From an uncultured virus (IMG/VR IMGVR_UViG_3300008114_000015) (Duplodnaviria > Heunggongvirae > Uroviricota > Caudoviricetes): a stretch of 64,000 bases of DNA. The stretch lies in the IMG/VR virus record IMGVR_UViG_3300008114_000015; one strand, given 5' to 3'. Of the stretch, positions 56,658-64,000 are shown one piece after another. The position numbers were made by a program, and so were the translations under genes. The stretch's first letter is position 1; each line of letters starts with the position of its first letter. The notes beneath the pieces are model-generated. The model worked only from the letters and a program-made list of their open reading frames with translations, had not been told where the DNA came from and did not search any database.

Positions 56658-57191
56658 TTAGATAGTTGGGAACAGTGCGTAAAACTGTTCGAATCGTTCT
56701 CCGTTGTTGCTTCCCGGATAAACTTTCCAGGAAGACCAATCAACGCCCCCGCCAGTCATAAAGAAGGCGATTTTGGCATTGGTAACAGGATCAAATAGTT
56801 CCTTGTTAGTTTCTAGGTTGAACTTGACACGTCGGTCTTCTCCTAAACCTCCCAGCATATTAATCTGAAAGATTCCGTAAGAGTTGTCTCCGGTACTTAA
56901 GTCCCCGTTGTGGGCACGTGGTCTACCGTTAGACTCCTTCATGGCAACAGCCCAAGCGGTCCTGAGGGCCTTTCCCTCAAACCCGACCGCTGCAAGAAGC
57001 TCTTTAAGATCTGCCTCAGTTAACACCTTGGCATTCTCAAACTTCTCTAAAGGGTTCACCACTACAACCTCTTGAACTACTTCTTGTTTTGGACCATCGT
57101 CCGCAACAGCGTGTGGGATGGTCCCAAGCGCAAAGCCGTAGATCAAAAGTATCGCAGCCTTCTCCCGCTTTACTTTTCTGATATTAAGCAT
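56658..57191 (-). CDS. Secreted lysozyme-like/lytic transglycosylase
   Basis: Signal-like N-terminus; KESNG, SYGIFQIN, DPVTNA, DWSSW. Confidence 0.8.
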   Translation of the reverse strand: MLNIRKVKREKAAILLIYGFALGTIPHAVADDGPKQEVVQEVVVVNPLEKFENAKVLTEADLKELLAAVGFEGKALRTAWAVAMKESNGRPRAHNGDLSTGDNSYGIFQINMLGGLGEDRRVKFNLETNKELFDPVTNAKIAFFMTGGGVDWSSWKVYPGSNNGERFEQFYALFPTI

Positions 57192-57418
57192 TACTGCTCC
57201 TCTCAGTGGCGAAAAGCCACCATCACTGGTGGCTCATCAGGTTTAACCATACCACATGCGTTACAACCCAAGTCAAAACGAACTAAATATTATTTTTACG
57301 CGTATATATGTAGACAAATCGGACATATTTACAGTATAAATAACTAATCAATCTTTTATATATGTGACAATAGTCGCAGAATAATACGGTGCCTCAAGAT
57401 AACGATAGGGATTTATAC

Positions 57419-57679
57419 ATGTCACTTTTAGATTGGTCCGGAGTTGCAGCCTCCCTCACAGCAACAGCAGTAGTGTTCATAGCTTTTGGCAGATGGGTGA
57501 TTAAAGCATACTTAGAAGAGCTAAAGCCAAACGGCGGAGAAAGTCTTTCAGATAAGATCAAACTAGAAATCCTGCCCATGCTCACCGAAATAAAGGCAGA
57601 TTTAGCCGAGATGAAGGGTCGTCTCGATCAGCACCTTACCGAAGGTGATAAGCCCAAGACCCGCAAGCGTTCGAAGTAG
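57419..57679 (+). CDS. Single-TM membrane protein
   Basis: TM then ELKPNGGESLSD motif typical of actinophage lysis-associated proteins. Confidence 0.6.
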   Translation: MSLLDWSGVAASLTATAVVFIAFGRWVIKAYLEELKPNGGESLSDKIKLEILPMLTEIKADLAEMKGRLDQHLTEGDKPKTRKRSK

Positions 57680-57721
57680 TACACTAGTGGGACGGGCGTT
57701 GCCCGCTACACAAGGAGAACT

Positions 57722-57991
57722 ATGAATAAAGCGATGATTGAATCGTATGCTCGTAACTTGCTTGGTCAAGTTATCGGAGCTGTTGTAATCGTAAGCCAAA
57801 CTAGCGGAATTGCTAGTCCATTGGAATTTGGATCTGCGGAGTGGTTGCTTGTAGCAAACGCTTTGTGGTCATCTCTTGTTCCTACTGCACTTCGTTGGTT
57901 CAATAAGAAAGATCCAGCGTTTGGTCGAGTTGCTACATCTCTCGCTTCTGAGGTAACTAAGAAGTTAGAAGCAAAGGCAAAGAAGAAGTAA
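57722..57991 (+). CDS. Holin-like membrane protein
   Basis: SYAR...two TM...LRWFNKKDPAFG. Confidence 0.6.
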   Translation: MNKAMIESYARNLLGQVIGAVVIVSQTSGIASPLEFGSAEWLLVANALWSSLVPTALRWFNKKDPAFGRVATSLASEVTKKLEAKAKKK

Positions 57992-57992
57992 C

Positions 57993-58446
57993 ATGAAATG
58001 TTTTAACTGTCCAGACTCAGCACTTTATGTTGTAGCAGATCCAGGAGTAAGTCCTGTCTATTACTGCCATAAGTGTCTTCCCGCCTTTCTAAGACCACGT
58101 GCTGAGGCTGGGCAGTTAAACATCCCAACACAAACAACGCCAAAGAAAAAGAAAAAGGCGGCCGACGCACCATCAGAGACAACTGATGAGAGTAACGAGG
58201 ATTGATGCGCCTCAGGCGCACCCTGTTCCAAAGCAGGTATTAGAACCTCAGGGTCCATTCCCTAGAGAGTTATTTAATGAAAAACCTATTGTTGATGATT
58301 ACGTGCCAGAATCATCAGAAGACGGATCTAATTTTCCAGTAGGGGCAACAGCGCAGAATAACTACACAGCGCCAAGAATTATGATCTGCAAAGTATGTGA
58401 CGCTAGGGTTCTTGAGAATAAGACCGGGGATCACGTCTGTGAGTAA
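57993..58446 (+). CDS. Two small Zn-binding hypothetical proteins (57993-58205, 58186-58446)
   Basis: CFNC...CHKC; CKVC...HVC. Confidence 0.5.
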
Positions 58447-58448
58447 TC

Positions 58449-58904
58449 GTGGCTAAATTTAACGACAATTATTACCAACGCACCAGGCAGTCTAGGGCGG
58501 ACCTTGAGAATAAAAAACTCAACCTTTCTTTACGTGGTCGTGAGAAAGTATTTGACGATTGGCAGATTGTTAATACGCAAGAACCTGAAAAAGAACGAGA
58601 GACTGAGCCAGCCTTTAAGGTAATGAATGCCCCCACCACTAATCCAGACAGACCGCGAGCGCTAAAGATTGCGTATAGCGCAGAAGCTCAAAAGCTTGTA
58701 GTCAAGTTCAGAGGCAAAAAAGGCGCTGAAAACAACGGACCTTGGATTGAGTACTATGACATTCCTGTAGAGTTCTGGAACGATTTGAAAGCATCTAACT
58801 CAACTGGGTTATACTTGCGCTATAGCGGACTGGACGATCAGCCTTGGGGTTACTTTAACCCCGCGGAGATGCCGGCAGAGACAAGGGTTATGTTTAACGA
58901 TTGA
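58449..58904 (+). CDS. KTSC-domain protein
   Basis: IAYS....LVVKF...YYDIP...W..L..S.S.G.Y. Confidence 0.65.
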   Translation: MAKFNDNYYQRTRQSRADLENKKLNLSLRGREKVFDDWQIVNTQEPEKERETEPAFKVMNAPTTNPDRPRALKIAYSAEAQKLVVKFRGKKGAENNGPWIEYYDIPVEFWNDLKASNSTGLYLRYSGLDDQPWGYFNPAEMPAETRVMFND

Positions 58905-59432
58905 TGAAAACTTACGGACCACTATACGTTGGAACTCTTAGGTATCCTCATAAAAATCTTTTGCCTATTGTTGAGGTAGGAACTACCCAAGAGACTGAAA
59001 TCCCTTTTAGAAAGGGCAAGTGCCTTGTGTTTAGGGCACCTTTTACAACTAAAAGCTTTTATTTAGGAATCCTGTTTAAAACGGTTGTTGACCCTCACCT
59101 TTTGACAGATGAGGATATTGACCTAATCATGATGAACGCTATGAAAGGCAGAACTGCCTGGACACCAAAGGACGGTTTATATGATGAAACTTTTTAAAAA
59201 GAAAGAGCCGTTGACTAAACCCTTTGATGAAAGAATCGTAAAAAGGGTAAAAAAGATTCCCACCGGAGAACTTATCCTTTGGGTGGACCAGGCTATGTAC
59301 GACCTTGGTCGCTGCCTTACTCAATTTGAAAAAGGTCGGGATACCAAAATCCTTAAAGAAGCCTTGACTGGGGCCGAGGCTATCCATGCCGTGGTGGACG
59401 AACTGCACACCCGCATGACCAAGATTTCTTAA
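58901..59432 (+). CDS. Two hypothetical genes upstream of terminase (58901-59197, 59181-59432)
   Basis: Overlapping ORFs. Confidence 0.5.
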
Positions 59433-59483
59433 TTGCTCTATAATTTACCTACCTCACTTCCTTCTCCCCGTGTGGCAGCACTC

Positions 59484-59516
59484 AGCCTTGGTTAAAAGCC
59501 AAGGCTTTGTGTTTTA
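59484..59516 (+). terminator. Stem-loop with T-rich tail
   Basis: AGCCTTGG ttaaaag CCAAGGCT TTGTGTTTT. Confidence 0.55.
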
Positions 59517-59534
59517 TTCTAGACTTAGGTAAGT

Positions 59535-61115
59535 ATGAGTGATATTGAATTTGTAGAAGAAGACGAGATCCTTGTCGAGGAAGAAGAAGACGATCTACCG
59601 CCAGAAGAAGATGACGGTTTAGATGAGTTATCGAGAGCCTTTGTAGACAAGCTTATCGAAAAGACTATGACCTTTATGGAGGCATTAGTCGGACATGACC
59701 TGCACCCATATCAAAAACCTTTGGCTCGAAGAATTATTGAGTCCGTACTTATTAATGATGGCGAAGAAGTAACAGCGCTTGCAGCTCGTCAATCAGGTAA
59801 ATCAGAAACAATTGCAAATACTGTAGTGACATTAATGGTTTTACTACCTCGACTAGCGCGTATGTACCCAGATCTTCTTGGTAAGTTTAAAGATGGAATT
59901 TGGATAGGAATGTTTGCTCCAGTTGAAGGTCAGGTTGAAACTCTATTTGGTAGATCAGTAAATCGTCTTACTAGTGAGCGTGCAATAGAGATTCTTGGTG
60001 ATCCAGAAATTGATGACAGCCTTGGTAAAGTTCCAGGTGTAACACGACAAATACGCTTAAAGAACTCTGGGTCAAGTCTAACCATGATGACTGCAAACCC
60101 TAGGGCAAAGATTGAGTCTAAGTCTTTCCACCTTGTAGTTATTGATGAGTGCCAAGAGGCTGATGACTTTGTGGTTTCAAAATCTATTTCCCCTATGTTG
60201 GCATACTACTCAGGAACAATGGTTAAGACCGGCACCCCTACTACAAGCAAAAATAACTTTTATAAAAGCATACAATTGAACAAGAGACGTCAGACTAGTC
60301 GCGGAGCAAAACAAAACCATTTTGAGTGGGACTGGAAAGAAGTCTCTAAAGTAAACCTTAATTACGGCAAATTCATTAAACGTGAAATGCTTAGGATTGG
60401 CGAAGACTCAGATGAATTTCAAATGTCTTACAACTGTAAGTGGTTGTTGGAGAGAGGCATGTTCGTCACATCCCAAGTCATGGATGAATTGGGAGACACT
60501 TCGCAAGAAGTTGTTAAAGCTTGGCACAGAACGCCTGTGGTGGTGGGAGTTGACCCGGCACGGAAGATGGACTCAACGGTCGTCACGGTGGTATGGGTCG
60601 ACTGGGACAGGCCGGACGAATTCGGATACTTCGACCACAGAGTCTTAAACTGGTTAGAAATCCAAGGAGACGATTGGGAAGACCAGTATTTTCAAATAGT
60701 TAACTTTTTATCTAACTACGATGTACTAGCAGTTGGAGTTGACGCAAATGGTGTCGGAGATGCTGTTGCTCAACGTTTAAAACTACTATTACCAAGAGCA
60801 GAAGTTCATTCAGTTGGCAGTAGCCAGCAAGAACAATCTAAACGTTGGAAACACTTAAAGGCGTTAATTGATAGGCGAATGGTTGGTTGGCCAGCCCACG
60901 CTAAGACAAGACGTCTTAGATCTTGGAAGCGTTTTTACCAACAAATGACGGACTTAGAGACAAAGTTTCAAGGTCCTAACTTTTTGGCACATGCCCCAGA
61001 AGAAGCCCATGCCCATGATGATTATGCAGATAGCCTAGCCATTGCCTGTGCCTTAACTATGGATTTAACCATGCCCCAAGTAGAAATGTCCTCATCCCCA
61101 TTTTATGGCAGATAG
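59535..61115 (+). CDS. terL: Terminase large subunit
   Basis: LHPYQ, ARQSGKS, VIDECQ, GVDPAR, DANGVGD, HDDYADSLA. Confidence 0.92.
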   Translation: MSDIEFVEEDEILVEEEEDDLPPEEDDGLDELSRAFVDKLIEKTMTFMEALVGHDLHPYQKPLARRIIESVLINDGEEVTALAARQSGKSETIANTVVTLMVLLPRLARMYPDLLGKFKDGIWIGMFAPVEGQVETLFGRSVNRLTSERAIEILGDPEIDDSLGKVPGVTRQIRLKNSGSSLTMMTANPRAKIESKSFHLVVIDECQEADDFVVSKSISPMLAYYSGTMVKTGTPTTSKNNFYKSIQLNKRRQTSRGAKQNHFEWDWKEVSKVNLNYGKFIKREMLRIGEDSDEFQMSYNCKWLLERGMFVTSQVMDELGDTSQEVVKAWHRTPVVVGVDPARKMDSTVVTVVWVDWDRPDEFGYFDHRVLNWLEIQGDDWEDQYFQIVNFLSNYDVLAVGVDANGVGDAVAQRLKLLLPRAEVHSVGSSQQEQSKRWKHLKALIDRRMVGWPAHAKTRRLRSWKRFYQQMTDLETKFQGPNFLAHAPEEAHAHDDYADSLAIACALTMDLTMPQVEMSSSPFYGR

Positions 61116-61195
61116 TCCCGACTTTACTATGAGATTTCTCTGGTACTGATGGATACTTTTACCTGAGGCCCTCAACCTTCAATAAGGAGTCATAT

Positions 61196-61594
61196 ATGAC
61201 AATCGCACCATCACCTAAGTTCCCAGAACGTCCTGGCAACGTCTACGACCGTAAAATGGCGGGCGCACTACCAGGTCAACGCGGACCACTTCGTTTCGAA
61301 GAAGGTGTCGCAACTGACACAGATGTTCCAGCACAATTTGCTACGGGAGCAGAGCAGGGATATAAGCCTGCAGCAGGTCGCCCTAACCGCAATGCCCCAG
61401 TTCACACAAAGACCGCAGAAGAGACAATGCGTGAGCGTGCTCACGTAGGTTCAGCTGCATGGGTTTCAGCACCAGATCATCTTGGAGAATTCTCTACAGG
61501 TGCTTTTGCTGACCATGGCAAGAACGACTTCGAGCGTGTTTTCCGTGATGGCGGACATCAGGAAAAACAAAATCCTGCGGTAGTAAACGACTAA
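61196..61594 (+). CDS. Hypothetical protein (head module)
   Basis: 132 aa with AAGGAG RBS. Confidence 0.65.
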   Translation: MTIAPSPKFPERPGNVYDRKMAGALPGQRGPLRFEEGVATDTDVPAQFATGAEQGYKPAAGRPNRNAPVHTKTAEETMRERAHVGSAAWVSAPDHLGEFSTGAFADHGKNDFERVFRDGGHQEKQNPAVVND

Positions 61595-61677
61595 CAATTT
61601 AAGGAGTCCTGCCTCGTATTAAATAGGTTATTTGCTTAGCATTAACCCGGGGCAGGACAACTTATTAAGGGATAGCT

Positions 61678-61989
61678 ATGGCGCTAATTTCAGGTAAATC
61701 AGTTCAACAGGGTCCTAAGCAGATTCCTGCTAATCCTCGTCTTTATAATTTGATTGTTACTCAGGCTAAAAGTAAGTTTCCAAAATATCCCTCTCCAGCA
61801 TCTGCTCACTGGGTACATTCTCAGTACTCAATGAAGGGCGGAAAGTACGTCAACTCAAAGAAGGACATAGATCCTAGGATGAGAGACTACGTGGAGGAAA
61901 AGAAAGATAAAGAAAAAAAGAAGGTTATGAAGAAAGTGACCAAGCCAGTTGGTCGCGGTCTTATCAAAGGCGAAGGCGTCAAAAAGTAG
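61678..61989 (+). CDS. Basic hypothetical protein
   Basis: PANPRLY...AKSKF..YPS..S.W...Y...GG.Y. Confidence 0.6.
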   Translation: MALISGKSVQQGPKQIPANPRLYNLIVTQAKSKFPKYPSPASAHWVHSQYSMKGGKYVNSKKDIDPRMRDYVEEKKDKEKKKVMKKVTKPVGRGLIKGEGVKK

Positions 61990-62029
61990 TTTTTGCTACG
62001 ATTGCGCCCTATCAGTTTAGGAGTGCTAA

Positions 62030-63745
62030 GTGAGTTCGATTGACTTTTCACCACCCAGTTATAGGGCGGCGTCTAGCGATCTTACTATCTCCATTTCTCC
62101 GCTAGGTTTAGTAGAACTAGCAGATGAAGAATTTGAAGTACATGGTCCGCGACTAAATCGCTATTCGATGAACTGGGCAATGTACCTAGGTCATCACTAT
62201 TCTTATCGCCGACAGACCGGCGAATCTCAGATAGCGTTAAACTACTATCGTGCGTTTTCAGATTTTATTATCAACTTTACTTTCGGTAAAGGAGTCCAAT
62301 TCCGCTCCCCGAAGGAAACTGAGGCAATTGTCCCAGACCTTCTTGAGAGGGTATGGGAGGTTGACAACAATAAAGCAACAGTTCTTTGGGAAATTGGTCA
62401 GCAAGGTACGGTCTCTGGTGACTGCTTCATCAAGGTCGCCTATGAAGAAGAATATAAAGATCCTGCTGGTAGGGTCCATCCCGGCCGCGTTCGTATCCTT
62501 CCCCTTAACTCATCTTTCTGCTTCCCAGAGTTTCATCCTCATGACCGTGAACGCCTTATTCGTTTTAAGCTTAAGTACCGCTTCTGGGGAACGTCTTTGG
62601 AAGGAACTCGTCAAGTATTTACATATACAGAAATTCTTACGGACGATGTTATTGAAGAGTACATTAACGATGAACTTATTGATTCTCGTCCTAATCCGCT
62701 TGGCACTATTCCTGTTGTACATATTCCGAACGTTCGCATCAGTGGCTCTCCTTGGGGTCTATCTGATTGCAACGACATTATTAGCATTAACAGGACTTAT
62801 AACGAAACTGCTACTGATGTGGCTGACATTATCAATTATCACGCTGCGCCGGTTACAGTTATCATTGGAGCAAAAGCTTCGCAGCTCGAAAAAGGTGCAA
62901 ATAAAGTCTGGGGCGGACTACCTAAAGATGCCCGTGTTGAAAATTTGGAAGGTGGGGCGCAAGGACTAAAGGGTGCCATGGAATACATGGCAATGCTCAA
63001 GAAGTCAATGCACGAAATGATTGGTGTGCCAGAAACGGCACTTGGTCAAGCTCAACCTATTTCAAACACCTCTGGTGTTGCTCTTTCTATTCAATTCCAG
63101 CCTTTGATGAACCGCTATCATCAAAAGATTATTCAATACGCAAATGGTCTTGAGCGAGTAAATGAACTTATTCTTCTAAACCTAGCAATTAAAGAGCCTG
63201 AAACCTTTACCTGGAACCCTACAACTAGCACCCCACTAAAGCCGGGTCAGTTGCCTCAATTAGATCCAAATGACGATATTACCTACAGATCTATTGTTCA
63301 TTTCCCTCAGCCTTTGCCACTAGATAAGTTGATTGCTCTTAACGAAATTCAAACCAAGATGTCATTAGGACTTGAGTCTAAAGAAGGCGCTTTACGTGCT
63401 CTTGGAGAAGAGTTCCCAGCAGAGAAGATTCAAGAAATCAGACAAGAACTTATTGATGATGCTAAGGCAGATGGCGCCCTACAGATGGTTAAGAACTCCA
63501 TCGCACAAGAAATTATGAGTCTTACAGGAATGATGCCAGGTCCAGACGGCCAGGCAGGTCAACCAATCATGAGTCCAGAGAATGGCGTCCCAATGGGAGG
63601 TCAGCCAAATACGGCTACCCCTTACTTAGATGAAGCCTCTCAGATGACCATGAACGCAGAGGCGAACCTAAGAAACCGCCTAGTAACCGAAGCTTATGGC
63701 ACACAACTCCCACAGAGGCGTGTACCAGAAGAGTACGAAAAATAA
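62030..63745 (+). CDS. Portal protein
   Basis: 571 aa after terL; NYYRAFSD...FGKG, G.VSGD.F, NPLGTIPVVHIPN, WGLSD, SGVAL (SPP1 gp6-like). Confidence 0.88.
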   Translation: MSSIDFSPPSYRAASSDLTISISPLGLVELADEEFEVHGPRLNRYSMNWAMYLGHHYSYRRQTGESQIALNYYRAFSDFIINFTFGKGVQFRSPKETEAIVPDLLERVWEVDNNKATVLWEIGQQGTVSGDCFIKVAYEEEYKDPAGRVHPGRVRILPLNSSFCFPEFHPHDRERLIRFKLKYRFWGTSLEGTRQVFTYTEILTDDVIEEYINDELIDSRPNPLGTIPVVHIPNVRISGSPWGLSDCNDIISINRTYNETATDVADIINYHAAPVTVIIGAKASQLEKGANKVWGGLPKDARVENLEGGAQGLKGAMEYMAMLKKSMHEMIGVPETALGQAQPISNTSGVALSIQFQPLMNRYHQKIIQYANGLERVNELILLNLAIKEPETFTWNPTTSTPLKPGQLPQLDPNDDITYRSIVHFPQPLPLDKLIALNEIQTKMSLGLESKEGALRALGEEFPAEKIQEIRQELIDDAKADGALQMVKNSIAQEIMSLTGMMPGPDGQAGQPIMSPENGVPMGGQPNTATPYLDEASQMTMNAEANLRNRLVTEAYGTQLPQRRVPEEYEK

Positions 63746-63857
63746 CCAGTTTAGGCTGATTATTTTCGCACTTAATAGAAAAATTAATACTGCAAAACGT
63801 TAGGTCATACGTGCTCTCATATCGGATAACGACCCCTAGGATGTAAAGGAATCAAGC

Positions 63858-64000
63858 ATGTCAGAAGTCGCAGAAAATGCTGCAGAGGCTTTCGCAGCCG
63901 AAGCAGGAACTGTTCCAGTTGTAAATGTGTCGGGCGTTGACGCGCCTACTGTTACAACATCTTCAGTTAACTCAAAGTTTTATACTGAAGAAGATCTAGC
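63858..64000 (+). CDS. Probable scaffold protein, 3'-truncated
   Basis: AAAGGA RBS + ATG; ...KFYTEEDL; follows the portal. Confidence 0.5.
   Translation, partial: MSEVAENAAEAFAAEAGTVPVVNVSGVDAPTVTTSSVNSKFYTEEDL

Noticed and set aside
57200..57242. Hammerhead ribozyme (minus-strand CTGATGAG + stem)
   Set aside because: The stem is followed by TTTTCG instead of the required GAAA core
62250..62969. 239-aa alternate-frame ORF inside the portal gene
   Set aside because: No RBS or recognisable motif; likely a shadow ORF
1..64000. tRNA/rRNA genes and genetic-code reassignment
   Set aside because: No cloverleaf recognised by eye in intergenic gaps (tRNAscan-SE would be decisive); core genes are full length in the standard code

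Overview
This is a 64-kb segment of a large tailed dsDNA phage, most likely a myovirus-like phage of Actinobacteria. The host inference rests on two WhiB genes, a DUF4192-like gene, a perfect GTTTCACGTGAAAC parS core and CRP/GlxR-type boxes. Layout: tail/baseplate end (1-2.7 kb); replication, recombination and nucleotide metabolism on + (2.8-30.4 kb: DnaC-like, DnaB, DnaG, SNF2, PolA, RecA, RuvC, NrdJ, NrdH, WhiB x2, SpoVS, HslV-like); a minus-strand putative early region (30.4-40.0 kb); then, on +, small basic proteins, a Pro-rich surface protein, lysis genes, Hsp20, a Pro/Thr-repeat Hint protein followed by 2OG-Fe(II) oxygenases, an epimerase and an O-fucosyltransferase-like gene, terminase and portal. 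The most unusual part is 33.1-40.0 kb, an array of short gene cassettes separated by a repeated composite element. That element combines a terminator-like hairpin, CCCT-hairpin-GGGNGGGNGGG-CAACACAAAC, a CRP box and a conserved sigma70-type promoter. The region also contains a parS site and strong position-dependent bias in restriction-type palindromes: about 1.1 kb lacking 13 of the 16 4-bp palindromes, polylinker-like clusters in the spacers, and one gene with about 20 AGCT sites. It leads into a split, apparently multi-TRD C5 methyltransferase. All counts are manual and all family calls come from motif recognition, not database searches.
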